A stretch of 64,000 nt of DNA from Octopus vulgaris (GCA_951406725.2 OX597826.1:27218001-27282000), one strand, 5' to 3'. Counted from the stretch's first letter, positions 1 to 13,889 are shown. The notes: generated from the letters alone by a model not told the origin. A program made the numbers and translations.

Positions 1-444
1 AGAGCGATAAACAGATATTTATCTGGGCAGGGTATAGGCATGGTTGCTTGGTCAAAAAAAGTTGCTGCTCTTGAAAACAAATCGTTCTTAGTTCAATAAA
101 ATTGCCATGCATTTCAAAAGGCCCTTTTTCTAGTATATCTTCTGTTTGAACGATGAGTTGACCAATGGCTCTTTCGTACTCAAAAATGGGGTGAGAGAGA
201 GAGAGAGAGAGAGAGAGACTGAGAGACAGACGTACAGATAGAGACAGAGACAACAGACAGAGAGAGGGAGAGAGAGGGAGAAAGAGTGAGAAATTGAGAG
301 AGAAAACTAGTATGTTTATAAATGCCAACACATGTTGTGTATGCGCGTATGTACTAGTATATGCATTCCCGCACACGTACACACACACATATATATACAC
401 ATATAGTTATATTTGTATGTATACACGTATAACAATATGTGTAT

Positions 445-838
445 ATCACCATCATTGAACATTGCCCAGGCAAACTGTCAGCAGTACTTCTTTGCAAGGC
501 TGGGTATGTCTACCATCCGAAGTCCTATAAAAGATCGACTGAATGTAATATCCTTCCTTCTAGACGGGGCGATCGAACTTATGTAATGTACGAAAGAGCT
601 TGCAAGTCGATTTCGTGTGTGAAGAGACATAGAGCGGTTCATAAGGATCATACATCACAAAATGACCCGCCCAGTGGAAGCTACAACTTTCGTCTGTCAC
701 CGGTGTTTCAAGCCATGCACACATCTGCGGCAAGATTGTGCAGTTATCTCAGAGGTCGTAGACGGAATGTCATAAATGCTATTGAATATGTGGATGTCTA
801 GAGACACGACAATCACATCAGATGACGGAGCAATCACC
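445..838 (+). mobile_element. Decayed RTE-clade LINE 3' end (ORF C-terminus remnant)
   Basis: Frameshifted translation resembles the RTE C-terminus: KRHRAVHKD...SYNF, then C-H-R-C-F-K-P-C-T and ...LCSYLR (the C-x2-C...GL-SH-R zinc-finger-like tail). No intact ORF. Confidence 0.5.
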
Positions 839-914
839 GTTTTTCTTTGTGTGTATGTGTGAGTGTGTTTGTGTGTGTTTGTTTGTGTATGTATATGTAG
901 TTGTTATTTGTTTG

Positions 915-1210
915 TGTCTTCTAGAGCTATGCTTGGCTCATAATGACCGGTTCCCCAGTTTCCTTGGCGTACAGGTTCCCCACCTGGACGGGACGCCGGG
1001 CTTTCGCTGGTGAGCTGCAAGATGCAGGAGGAAAGAGTGAGAGAATGTTCTGGCGAAAGAGTCAGCTGAAGTTCGCTATTACCTTCTGCCAGAGCCGCGT
1101 GGAGCTTAGGTGTTTCGCTCATAAACACACACATCGCCCGGTCTGAGATTCGAACCCGCGATCCCTCGACCGCGAGTCCGCTGCTCTAAGCACTAGGTCA
1201 TGTGCCTCCA
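915..1210 (-). mobile_element. tRNA-derived SINE, family C (possibly an octopus OR-type SINE)
   Basis: Minus strand begins GGAGGCACATGACCTAGTGCTTAGAGC...GGGTTCGAATCTC (A and B boxes). The central block CTCTTTCGCCAGAACATTCTCTCACTCTTT is shared with the copies at 58640-58997 and 60855-61025. Confidence 0.8.
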
Positions 1211-1301
1211 CATGTATATGTGTACACAGACATATATGTACAAATATGCACACATACATATGCATATACACACATACACGCACACACTCACACATACATA
1301 C

Positions 1302-1350
<49 letters not shown>

Positions 1351-1676
1351 TGTGTGTGTGTGTGCATGTACGCGCGTGTGTGAGTGTGAATTTAACTGGA
1401 ACATACATTTTCACGTAAAAATAATAATTTGCATACATGCATAAAATTTTAGTGAATATATCATCGGGATTTTATAATTCCTTGACATCGTGTCAGATAA
1501 TCCACAGCAATTTGCGGGAAAATTCAAATTAAATTCAAACGTAACAGTAAGCATCATGGTTGCTTAATATCAGTGTCTGCTGTCTTAACTATGATCGACT
1601 GTGTAGATAAGCGAGTATGTAATGCAGCTTCAAATAAGGATCCACGACAAATGATAGAGTGGCTTATTAAATGAAG

Positions 1677-2185
1677 CAGGGATGGGGAAAACCCCAGTCC
1701 GCGGGCGCAATTGCTCCCGCAAGCCCATTTTATTTCGCTCACAGGCTAATATATGTGTATGTAGAAAATATAGTAAATTTTTCAATTATTAAATTTATAC
1801 AATATTCGTATGCCTGTTAGCAACATAGGTCGTGTTTCAACTACGACTTAAAACGGTTAGACTCGAACAGAAATCATGGAAATTTTGTTTTCACTACAAA
1901 ACACATATTCTTAGGTTTGTACCACCCACCTGAGACTCAACTACACTGTAGCTGAAAAATATAGATACCTCATAAGTAATATAAACGTCCTAAATTCAGT
2001 GGCGGCGTTAATGAAGATGTTACGCGTTAATTTAATTGTTAAACTTATCTTTATTAATGTATATCGAATTATACATAGATATACGCTAGATTTACAAAAT
2101 ATAAGAGTTAGAACTTGTGATCTGCTCGCGGACCATTCTCCTTGTAATTTTTTGCCCTCCACACTAAAAAGATTCCTAACCCCTA
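1677..2185. mobile_element. Old hAT-like non-autonomous DNA transposon (MITE)
   Basis: Left end CAGGGATGGGGAA; right end TTCCTAACCCCT(A), an imperfect inverted repeat. Flanking 8-mers AAATGAAG (1669-1676) and AAATAAAG (2186-2193) match 7/8, as expected for an 8-bp hAT TSD. GC-rich subterminal CCGCGGGC motif. Confidence 0.55.
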
Positions 2186-2313
2186 AAATAAAGTGTAAAT
2201 TTTCGTTAGTGGTGAACCGTTAATTTTTTGAAATTACATAAGTAGCTATGATGCTAGTAGATACAGTCGATCGCTTGGCTTCACCAATGATAATAATACT
2301 AATAATAATAAAA

Positions 2314-2370
<57 letters not shown>

Positions 2371-2419
2371 GCTGCTGCTGCTGTTGCTGCTGCTGCTGTT
2401 GTTGCTGCTACTGCTGCTG

Positions 2420-2463
<44 letters not shown>

Positions 2464-2476
2464 GCTACTGATGCAG

Positions 2477-3013
2477 TACCAGGCACTGGCCCTCATGGCT
2501 CTTGATCTTATCTAATATGAAATGCTATAATGTACATTGTTTTGTCTTGGTATAAAAGATGGGCTACAGCAAACATTCTGCTCGATACTACAGATTTGCT
2601 TGTCAGCTCTTTGACCTTAACCAGTTGAGCATATCCCTTAGCGGCTGACGATATGTGTATCCCTGATCACGTGCAGAAGTAGTGTGAGGAGCATCATACC
2701 CATATATTGAGAGGAATTCTTTGGGATTTGAATAATTCGCCTCAGGAAACATGTTAGTTTCGTTCAACATCCTTAAATAACCCTTATTCAAGGACCGTTT
2801 CAGCAGGATGGGCTACTCGATGTGACGGAAATAGTAACAGGGCCCCACCCGCTGGGTCATGCGCTGTTTATCTTGATTTGAGATCATCCTGTCGCACTCA
2901 TATGGCTGTGATGCATGTGCCTGGTGTACCCTCATCAGATGGGTAGTCATAATATGTATACTGGGATTCGTATATTTTACCCCAGTGTCACTTTGATCGC
3001 ATGCACTGCTCTC

Positions 3014-3016
<3 letters not shown>
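2477..3016 (+). mobile_element. ~540-bp non-coding retro-element, copy 1
   Basis: Colinear end to end with 5781-6323 (TACCAGGCA...CTGCTCTCTCA). Followed by (TCAA)n(AAT)n. Confidence 0.85.
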
Positions 3017-3048
<32 letters not shown>

Positions 3049-3098
3049 TAATAATAATAATAATAATAATAGTAATAATTATAATAATAATAATAATG

Positions 3099-3136
<38 letters not shown>

Positions 3137-3139
3137 TTA

Positions 3140-3480
3140 TTCTTTTAATAACATATCATTAAAGAAAGAGAAAATGTTCATAAATATTGAGACCTCAGGA
3201 TTGAGATCGCTAAGATGTGGCAGCTACGAGAGTCTAATATAAATGTTATCCCTTTTGTGATCGAAGCATTGCGCTCAATACCATCCAATCTGGAAAAAAA
3301 AACATTTGTAAAACATTAGAAATGCCCTACAATCTAGGTAGATTGTATTACTTGGAATTGCACACATATTGCGTGTCTGTCGGAAGACCTTGTTGTGACT
3401 CGACAAACAATACAAACCCCCCAGTAGACAAAATATTTTCAATCAACAACCTCAAGACATTGTCTACTGTGCGACGTCTA
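3140..3480 (+). mobile_element. R4/Dong-like non-LTR retrotransposon 3' fragment
   Basis: Translates KERENVHKY*DLRIEIAKMWQLRESNINVIPFVIEALRSIP, the end of the restriction-like endonuclease domain. Homologous to about 55370-55480; bracketed by (AAT)n arrays. Confidence 0.7.
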
Positions 3481-3512
3481 TCATAATGATGATGATGATG
3501 ATGATGATGATG

Positions 3513-3565
<53 letters not shown>

Positions 3566-4516
3566 CTTTTATTTGTCGGAAAAGCTGAAGACAGCAAAAG
3601 TGAGATACTTGCACCAGGATTTACAAAGAAAGGTGAGAGACATCATAAAATATATAAAAGTTTAAAGGTATATACCTGTGTACACGTGTGTACGCATCTA
3701 TATAAGTATATTACACACACACATACACACATACACACACACATACACAGAGGCTCATATACACATGTTTGTAGGGAGATGAATAATACAAAGTACAATG
3801 AAGTGCACAATAATTAAAACAATAAATAATTAAATGAAAATGAAACGTGAAAACCGCAGTATCTTGCCTGTCAACTATCATTTTTACTTTGAATATGTTA
3901 CATAGATGGCTATTTTAATCTCATACTGCTTCAACTGCGTAAACTGGATTATTGATTTAGCCTCGGTTAACGGAATATTATTAGATAAGTACAATAGCGT
4001 CTCGTGCAATAGGTTTCCATTTAGTTTCCTTCTAATTATTTCGCATCTCGAAGCCTTGGCTTACAGGATTACATGATAGAAAACCTAGTAATTTTGAATC
4101 AAAATTACTAAAACACTCAACCATGAATTTGGAATTAATTACATACGCTTTTTTACGTGTAGCAAAACACGGAGTCATTTTTACATACAATAACAAGACG
4201 AGAAGGCCGTTAAAAGAACTGAATATATTTCGATGTATCTCGAGACGGTCATTACATCAATAAAAATCTCTTTGGTTCTATTTCACTTATTTGGTTTGTT
4301 AGTCACCGATACGTGAAACATCTAACCAATTAACTAATCAATTTGACTAATCATTTGGTATTAACGCCCTGATCATCGATCATTAACGCTGTGATCATCG
4401 TTGTCTACTCCGAGTCTGCCTGCGGCCTGTCTCTCTCTTGGTTTAGACGTTTTACGCTTATACTTTTATGGACGAGAGTGAGAATGCATGTGCGAGGATG
4501 CTGGAGAAAGAGTGCT

Positions 4517-4561
<45 letters not shown>

Positions 4562-4896
4562 GTGGGGGTATATAAATTATATTAACTGTGTCAGGAGTTC
4601 GATATCTGAAGCATGTTCACATAATACTAGGAGAACCAGGCATAACTAAAACAAACACAGAAAGTGCATAACGTGGAAACTTCAAGCCGTCATAACATCG
4701 ATACACACAGCAGAAATTGTATTAATCGGCTCAGAATACAATCTACTTTTGGTTGTTTGAACCTGTTGAATAGATAAAACGCATTCTCATAAAGGAACAA
4801 AAGAAATATGCGGTTGCACACAACTAAGGCCGAGGATGGACAATGAATCTCGGGAAGGCGAGGACAAAAAATTACTTTTGAAAAACAAGACAGAAT

Positions 4897-4930
<34 letters not shown>

Positions 4931-5205
4931 GCTGTTGCTACTACTACTACTACTAGAGGTACTGCTGCTGTTACTATTACCAGTAGAACACAAAGGCAAT
5001 AATAATAATAACAACAATAATAATGATAACAATAATAACAATAATAATAATAATAATAGTAGTAGTAGTGATAATAATAATGGTGATAATAACAACAATA
5101 TTAATAATAATAGTAGTAGTAGTAGTAGTAATAATAACAACAACAACAACACCATCAACAACAACAACAATAATAATAATAATAATAATAATAGTAGCAG
5201 TAGTG

Positions 5206-5244
<39 letters not shown>

Positions 5245-5256
5245 GTAGTAGTAGTG

Positions 5257-5310
<54 letters not shown>

Positions 5311-5322
5311 GTAGTAGTAGTG

Positions 5323-5394
<72 letters not shown>

Positions 5395-5566
5395 GTAACA
5401 ATAGTAATGTCCATGACGATGACGATCATGGTTATGATGATGATGATTGTTGTTACTTTATTGCAATCACTATTCCATACTCATTTTTTTGATGTTTCCT
5501 CAGATTTTCACCTTTGGTGGTTCCCAAAGAGTCGTTCCCTTATAGCCAATAAATTTGTTTTCTAAC

Positions 5567-5631
<65 letters not shown>

Positions 5632-5780
5632 TAATAATAATAATAATAATAATAATGATGATAAAAATAACAATAATAGTAATGATAATAATCATAATAA
5701 TAGTAATGATAATAATAGTAATGATAATAATAATAGTAATAATTATTATAATAATAACAATAACAATAATAATAATAATA
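4897..5780. repeat. Compound (CTA)n/(AAT)n/(AGT)n microsatellite field
   Basis: Visible directly, including a higher-order unit (AAT)n-AGTAGTAGTAGTGAT repeated about 4 times. Confidence 0.95.
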
Positions 5781-6322
5781 TACCAGGCAGAGGCTCTCAT
5801 GGCTTCTGACCTTAACTGATTGGAAGTGTTATCATGTACATTGTTTTGTCTTGGTATAAGAGATGGGCTACAGCAAATATTCTGCTCAATATCACAGATT
5901 TGCTTGTCAGTTGTTTGACCTTAACCAGTTGAGCATGTCCCTTAGTGGCTGACGATATGTGCATCTCTGATCACGAGCAGAAGTAGTGGGGGAGCATCAT
6001 AGCCATGTGTTGAGAGGGATTCTTTGGGGTTTGAATAGTTCACCTCTGGAAACATGGGTGGTTCTTTCAACATCCTTAAACAACCCTTATTCAGGGACCG
6101 TTTGAGCGGGATGGGCTACTCAACCTGAAGAAAATTCTAACTGGGCCCCACCTGCAAGGTCATGTGCTGTTTATCTTGATATGAGATCACCATGTCGCGC
6201 ACATATGGTTGGGATGCATGTGCCTGGTGTACCTTTATCAGACGGGTAGTCATGATGGGTATATTGGGCTTCGTATATTTTACCCCAGTGTCACTTTGAT
6301 GGCATGAACTGCTCTCTCACTC

Positions 6323-6323
<1 letters not shown>
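5781..6323 (+). mobile_element. ~540-bp non-coding retro-element, copy 2, inside (AAT)n
   Basis: Homologous to 2477-3016; (AAT)n on both sides; 3'-terminal fragments recur at 13686-13736 (+) and 41901-41929 (-). Confidence 0.85.
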
Positions 6324-6409
<86 letters not shown>

Positions 6410-6463
6410 AATGATGATGATGATGATTTCTTCAATAACCACAATATACTTTTATACTTCTAC

Positions 6464-6665
6464 TCTTTCATTTGTTTCGGTCATTTCGCTGCAAACATGC
6501 TGGAGCAGCGCCTTGAAGGGTTTCCTCGAAAAAAATGAACCCAAGGACTTATTCGTTGTAAGCCCAGTACTTATTTTATCGACCTCTTATACCGAAGTGC
6601 TAAGTTACGGGGATATAAACTAACATCAGTTGTCAAGCGATGGCGAGGGGATAAGCACAGACACA
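6464..6665 (-). mobile_element. SINE family A, 3' body fragment
   Basis: Matches the family-A body (TGTTTCAGTCATTT..GCTGGAGCA..CTAAGTTACGGGGA..GTTGTCAAGCGATG on + strand) also seen at 10314, 15330 and 56303. Confidence 0.8.
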
Positions 6666-6957
6666 CATCTAAATATATGTATATATATATATAATACAAA
6701 ATGGGACAAGTACACAAAACATCCAGATAGACGATACAAAAAAAACAAGGACGGGTCATTCGAAGCTTTTTTTCCTCAGTCAACAACCGGATCATCCTCG
6801 CAATTTCGGCTGATTAATCTTGAGATTGCTCCAATCTGGCCATCCCCAAGGAAAGACTAAACTAAGAGCATTAGATTCCTTGGAAAAAAGAATCGAATGT
6901 ATACGGAAACAAGGACGGAAAACAGACGATGTTACACGAATATCAATAGAAAAATAC

Positions 6958-7015
<58 letters not shown>

Positions 7016-7436
7016 GCAGGATATAACAACAGGTGTCTTTCGATTAGGGACGAATTGAATTCAGATGGCGTGTGTGGAAATGAAGCCTTACGGCAGAAAT
7101 ACAAAACTTTCACACACACACACAAGCTTTCACTAACACCCCCCCCACACACACACACACGCACACACACACACACATACATATATATTCTTTAACTCTA
7201 CTCTGATTCGTCTACATGATTCTTAAGTCTCTGTGGGATCGTAACACGAATGTAGCACTTCAGGTTCGTTTTATAATTATAATTTGAATAGACCTTAATC
7301 AAACAGTCATTAAAAATATGTAACTCCTACCAAATGTGTTGTGTACTCATCTCATCTGTTTGATCACTCAGTCGTTTATATATATATAAATATATACATG
7401 TATGTATGTATGCATATATACATGTATGTATGTATG

Positions 7437-7473
<37 letters not shown>

Positions 7474-8255
7474 CACACACACACACACACACACACACAA
7501 AGCGTACGAAACGGTGAATAAGCTACACGGGTTACGATATACAATGTCGTCATGACGAAATTGTGTTCTTTTAGCTTTCTAGGTCTGGGTTCTTGTGTTG
7601 TTTATCGTGTCTCTTTAACACTGATGCTGCTACTAAGAATTGTAAGGATGCGCAATGAAGATCCCATAGATTGCGTTTTACAAGCATTACATTTGTTTTT
7701 CTAAATATTTTTCTGGAAGAATTTCAAAACTAACTGTGTAGAATTTGAGTTTTCAGAACGAAAACTGGACAGATAGAGTAATGTCACGAGATTTAATTAA
7801 CAGAGTTAAAAAAAAGTCATTAAATAGACAGATAAGAAGACTATACGCGTAAAGTAGTGATTGATAAGATAAAATATATTCGAAGAAGTTTAAACAAAAT
7901 AATGCTAAATCTACCCTAAATAGTAACATTAAACTATAATCATTAGCACATGGGCCATTATCAAGAATATCGTAGCGATATTCTTGAAAATGGAATAAAG
8001 AAGATAATGTTGGTTTAGACATGAAATTTCGATAATAAATGGCCATATGTAGTGTATAAAATAGCCCAAGGGATTTTGGTGGAAACTATATAACCCGTAA
8101 AAACAAGGGGGGAGGAATTATCTTTGAAGAATTTCTGCAGAGCGTAGAACAGTGTATCATGGTACGTGATGTATAATGTATAATCTGTGTTTAAAGAGAT
8201 TGGGGACGCTGGAATAGTTGTGACGGAACTAGACTTGGCACCAGGTGTACAGAAG

Positions 8256-8336
<81 letters not shown>

Positions 8337-9039
8337 TATATATATGTATACATATATTTACATGTATGATATGTATATATATATAAACATATATATATAT
8401 ACATACATATATTTACATGTATAATATGTATATATATATATAAATACATAAACATACATATATGTACAGACATATGTATATATATATACATATGTATATA
8501 TACATATATGTACATATATATATATATTTATACATATATATATATGTATGTGTATACATGTATATATATGTGTGTGTATATATATGTGCATGTGTGTGTG
8601 CGAGCGTGCGTGATTGTATGTACAGGCGAATTATATATAGCACTTTAAGAACATTCACCACCATATAGATGTTTTCCTAGGTGGATAGGTAGTTAAACTA
8701 AGATAGATAGATAGATAGTGAGAGAGAGAGGAAGAGAGGGGGAGGAGCGTATGTGTGTGCGTGTGAGTGTGTGTGCGCGTGTGTGGTTGTGTGTGTGTGT
8801 GTGTGTCTGTGTGCGAGAGAAATATTTTGGGTGTGAATACAACTTAAAAACTAACGTCTGATATACTCTAATCGTCTCATCAAATTTATACAGATTAATC
8901 CAATTGATCAAATTATTGAAATATATATGGCAAAATCAGTGAAAATATGCTAAAATATGTTTGGTGGATATTATTTAAATCGGAAGAATCAGAAGGTCTT
9001 ATATTGCAAGTATAATCTATACAGAAAAATACCTATTAC

Positions 9040-10200
9040 TTTTTCGGTGATCGCTCTCTCGTGTCTCAATTCCCGTAATGTTTTGTTTGGTATGAGGAGA
9101 TCACAGGCCCAGCAGTATTATAGAGTGGCTGTGTACTGGAATACGGATGGGAGACTTCTGAGGATCGAGGATCTCATCCTGCGTGCCATATCGATTTTAT
9201 TACCGATGAATGATCCAGCTGAGTCGTGTCAGCTGTAAATCTTAAGTCTCTGATATTAATGGATATTGTGAAGAGTTTTCCGGAAGGAAGGAGAGAGCAT
9301 GGTTTTTTGAGCGCGAGTGGTTGTTTGAGTGCATGAGTTCAATTTTTCACCCTCATTTATCAGTACATTGTTTTTCTTCACCAATTCTCTTACAGCATGC
9401 AGATCAGACTGCAGATCATCTTCTATAATGACGAATTTTAAAGCTTGGAGTCATCTGCGAAATTCTTTATTTTACTGTGCATGATGACTCTTGAAATGTC
9501 GCTTATATAGACTCTAGAATCGGACCAAAACAGTCTCTTGCAGAACACTGCTGGAGAATCTTGCTGCGCTTGAGTGGACTTGATTGATAACAACTTGTTT
9601 GGTTCTGTTCACCAGAAAATACCTTATCCAGCACATTAGCTTACCATGGATTTCAGTTATGGATAATTTTAAGAGTAAGATGTTGTCGATTCTGTTTCAG
9701 GCTTCTCTGAAATCAAGCTGTATAACATCCGTACTCGACCCTGTTACCAAAACTTTAAGCATATCATCAATGTTAAGTAAACACTGTGATGGGAAGTCGG
9801 TGATGCAGGGAGAAGCGATGCTGGTTGCGATTTAGGAGATTGATACTCTCCAAAAAGCTATATATCCTTGATCAAGCTACGTTTTCAGATACTTTGAGGA
9901 TGCAAGATGTGAGTGAGAACGAGCAATACGTAGTTGAGAAAGACCTGTTTCCGTTTTAGAAAAGAGATCGGCGCAAGGGAATCAATTTATATCCTCAGTC
10001 TAAAGATTTGATCCTGAGGTTGGTTAGAGGGAATGCCAGTTGCTTTCTGTATCTTTTCAGGACACCAGCAGGATACCTATCCGGGTCCACATCAGAAAAT
10101 GCTTAGTTTCATTTATTGCTGTGATTATGTCTTGCGAGGTGAAAATTATGTCCAGTATAACACGCAAGGAATTGAGTTCGTTGACAATTCTTACGCTGAT
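9040..10200 (-). mobile_element. CR1-clade LINE ORF2 remnant (reverse transcriptase pseudogene)
   Basis: Minus-strand motifs in correct order: GPDRYPAGVLKR (~10060-10095), SLTSCILKV (~9890-9920), DVIQLDFREA (~9700-9730), YISDISRVIMHSKIKNFADDSKL (FADD at 9450-9461), LQSDL, then a C-terminal remnant. Stops and frameshifts throughout. Confidence 0.8.
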
Positions 10201-10313
10201 ATCAGTGAGATCACTAAAACCAGAGCAATATTGTTACTGCAGGACTTACGCCAGTTCTTTAACATCATGGTAGAGAATTCTGTAATCAAATCTCAGTGAA
10301 CTAACAGGTGAGA

Positions 10314-10500
10314 CAGCGGCCTTGCTGAAGCACCACCTTTAGTTGAACAAATTGACCCCAGGGCTTATTCTTTGTAAGCCTAGTTCTTATTTTAACAGCC
10401 TCTTTTGTCGAACTGCTAAGTTACGGGGACATAAACACATCAACTTTGGTTGTCAAGCGACGGTGGGAAGACAAACACACACAAACACACACACACACAA

Positions 10501-10584
<84 letters not shown>

Positions 10585-10735
10585 GGTGTTTTTCGTTTCC
10601 GTCTGCCAGCTCCACTCACAAGAATTTGGTCGGTCTGAGAAGAAGACACATGCCCAAGGAGCCTCGCAGTGGGACTGAACCCGGAGCTATGTGATTGTGA
10701 AGTAGGATTTTTACCACACAGCCACTCCTTCGCCC
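10314..10735 (-). mobile_element. SINE family A, near full length, with internal (TA)n(TG)n
   Basis: Minus strand: tRNA-like head GGAGTGGCTGTGTGGTAA...GGGTTCAGTCCCACTGCG, then (TA)n(TG)n, then the conserved body. Confidence 0.85.
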
Positions 10736-11013
10736 AGCTTCTTAACACACAGTCACTCACGGGGTCGTGTTAGATGTTTTTTTAATTACCCAGTTTTCCT
10801 CTGCAGCCATGTTGTCGTTGAAGTATGTTTTGATACCGTTCTGCAAATGGTATTTTTCCAACTCAAATCTCCTTATTGCTGTTAATTTTTAATGATGTTG
10901 GCGGAAAATTTAATCGCAAAGTTTATGGAAGTAAAGATTTTTCAAGTGAACTGAAGTCAGTACCTTATTTTGGATCAAGGCCAGCAACTTTTGAGAAGAG
11001 GACATCAATAACA

Positions 11014-11097
11014 TATGAGCACGGGCATATGGCTTAGTGGTTAAGAGCGCGGGCTACTAACCCCAAGATTCCGAGTTCGATTCCAAGCAGTGACCTG

Positions 11098-11186
<89 letters not shown>

Positions 11187-11316
11187 TAATAATAACATAG
11201 GAAAATACCTTAGGAATGAGAACCCAAGACACCTGAAGAAGGCTGGGAGGTATATCAGCCGAAACGTTGTGTTAACAACAAACAAGATGAGGACAAATAC
11301 CTATCTAATGTAAATA
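11014..11316 (+). mobile_element. tRNA-headed SINE-like element with a 3' hammerhead ribozyme
   Basis: A box TGGCTTAGTGG 11030-11040; B box GTTCGATTCC 11075-11084; (AAC)n(AAT)n 11098-11195; hammerhead 11228-11273; exact 10-bp direct repeats ATCAATAACA at 11004-11013 and 11317-11326. Confidence 0.85.
11228..11273 (+). ncRNA. Minimal type-I hammerhead ribozyme, intact core
   Basis: GACAC-CTGAAGA-A-GGCTG-(GGAGGTATAT)-CAGCC-GAAA-C-GTT-GTGTT. Stem I GACAC/GTGTT, stem II GGCTG/CAGCC, palindromic stem III AACGTT, predicted cleavage after GUU at 11268. Confidence 0.8.
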
Positions 11317-11929
11317 ATCAATAACAGTGTTCAAGCGCTACTTATATAAGTGTTTTCCCCCCGAAAGGATAAATGGAAAATTTAAGCCGGTAGTATTTGA
11401 ACTCAGAATGGAAGTAACATAACTAAATACCGTATGACATTTACTCGGTCATTTTACTGTTTTTGCCCCATCGACAACATGAAAGTATCCGTAACAACAA
11501 TAACATCACCACCAACAGCAACAATGATAATACTATAGATAACAGTAACACTCATACAAACTAGCAGACGCATGAGATAAAAAGAAAATAGGATAAGAAT
11601 AAAAGAAGAAAAAAAATGAAGAAGAGAGGAAATGTAATCACAAACTTATATGAAATCTTTGGAAAAGCTACATCGATAGGAAGATATCGCATGAATGCCA
11701 TATTCTATAGATCGTATCGGGTAAGAATTTGGAACAATGAGAGTTAGTGAAAGAGAAAAGTTCTGCTATATAAACGTTGTGTCTGTCTGCTAAGTCTTAT
11801 GATTAAAGATTTTCTATTCCAGGATTCCGCATAATAAAGTTGGATGGCGAGCAGATCAGATTAAACCGGAAGCAATGAATGGTGCTTGTTTGAAAAACCT
11901 TCTATCTTGATGTAATATGTGTATGTGTG

Positions 11930-11997
<68 letters not shown>

Positions 11998-11998
<1 letters not shown>

Positions 11999-12110
11999 GT
12001 ACAAATGAGTATTATACATACATATATATATATATACAAATGAGTATTATACATATATATATATATATATATATAAATGAGTATTATACATACATATATA
12101 TATATATACA
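11998..12110. repeat. Three-copy minisatellite AAATGAGTATTATACAT + (TA)n
   Basis: The unit occurs at about 12003, 12038 and 12075. Confidence 0.85.
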
Positions 12111-12154
12111 TATAGCTATCACTACGTATACAATATATATGGTATACATGTGTG

Positions 12155-12196
<42 letters not shown>

Positions 12197-13199
12197 CAGT
12201 CACACATAATCATATAATATAAAGCGCCCATTTTCCTTTCGAGACTTCGATTCGCAGTACCAAAAACATTCATTGCGAACGATGGCAAAGACCAGTTCTT
12301 TCTTTTCTTTATATATATATATATATATATATATGGTTTTGTATTGTTTGTTTGTTTATTTTTTTATTTTCTTTCTTTCCTTTTTTTCTCTCTTTCTTCG
12401 TTCTCTTCTTTTATCCAATACCAAGATTGGGCTTGGAGGTCACTTAATCAACGTTAGGGGTCTACTGGCCGTTAACTGTTTCGATGGATTTGAAATAGGA
12501 GCAGAGTTTCTGATAAACAACATCAACAAACTGACAACAACAACAACAACATGAGCAACAAAAACAAAGAAAATGACAACGCAACGAACAAAAATATAAC
12601 AAAAAAAAGAAACAAAATACAAACCAAAAACAAACATGAAGGCAAAGCGGAGCACAAAGCATAAGCTGTACAATACATTCTCTTCACGTTTTGTTGGTAT
12701 AGATTGCCAATTGTTCGTCCTCTTGTGATTCTGTCTGGAATATATTGTATGAAATAATGTTGTTGCTAGTGTTCTTGCTGTTATTACCATCATCATCATC
12801 ATCATCATCATCATTATTAATAGTAGTAGTAGTAGTATTTTATTATTATTTCATTCTTTTTCTTCTTATTATTATTATTATCATTAATATTATTATTTGT
12901 TGTTGCTGTTGTTGTTGCTGTTGTTGTTATTACAGTTTAACTTGTTCCCCCCACCCATTCTTCTTTCATTTTGTTCATGGTGTTGTTGTTATTCGTATGC
13001 GCCGTCCTTCATTCGAGTTTTTCCTTTTTCTTGTTTATGTGTACGTATACATACATGCACGCACGCACACATTCATATACACAGGTGCATACAAATATAC
13101 ATATGTGCACACACACACTTGTATGTATGTATGTATGTATGAATCTATCTCTCTATCTCTCTATCTATCTATCTATCTATATATCTATCTATCTATCTA

Positions 13200-13316
<117 letters not shown>

Positions 13317-13353
13317 ATGTATGTATGTATGTATGTATCTATCTATCTATCTA

Positions 13354-13419
<66 letters not shown>

Positions 13420-13428
13420 GAGAGAGAG

Positions 13429-13471
<43 letters not shown>

Positions 13472-13632
13472 GAGAGGGATACATACATACATGCACACAC
13501 ACACACACATATATATATCTACAAATGCATATACATATATATATATATATATATACGCAATTTATAAAAGTATACATATTAAATATATATATGTACAATA
13601 TATATATATATATTGTACACACACACACATAC

Positions 13633-13667
<35 letters not shown>

Positions 13668-13685
13668 CACATATATATTTAGAGT

Positions 13686-13736
13686 GTATATTTTACCCCA
13701 GTGTCACTTTGTTGGCATGCACTGCTCTCTCACTCA
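13686..13736 (+). mobile_element. 3' terminal 51 bp of the ~540-bp element
   Basis: GTATATTTTACCCCAGTGTCACTTTGTTGGCATGCACTGCTCTCTCACTCA, followed by (AAT)n. Confidence 0.85.
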
Positions 13737-13745
13737 ATGATAATG

Positions 13746-13813
<68 letters not shown>

Positions 13814-13889
13814 TATTATTATTATTATAATCCTTTCTACTATAAGCACAAGGCGAGAAATGTGGAGAGATAGGACTTAATATTCGACC

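Noticed and set aside
4215-4265. Minus-strand GATGTA..TACATC-GAAA-TATATT
   Set aside because: A stem and GAAA are present but there is no CUGANGA-like segment upstream.
5940-6140. CTGACGA and CTGAAGA words in the ~540-bp element
   Set aside because: Neither is followed by stem II plus GAAA, and the second word is not kept in the other copy.
6690-6960. Module with CAGCCGAAAT and CTGAGGA on the minus strand
   Set aside because: Composition resembles the hammerhead modules, but I could not assemble a consistent fold.
11023-11096. Functional tRNA gene
   Set aside because: A and B boxes are present, but the acceptor stem does not pair and it runs into a microsatellite inside a TSD-bounded insertion; treated as a SINE head.
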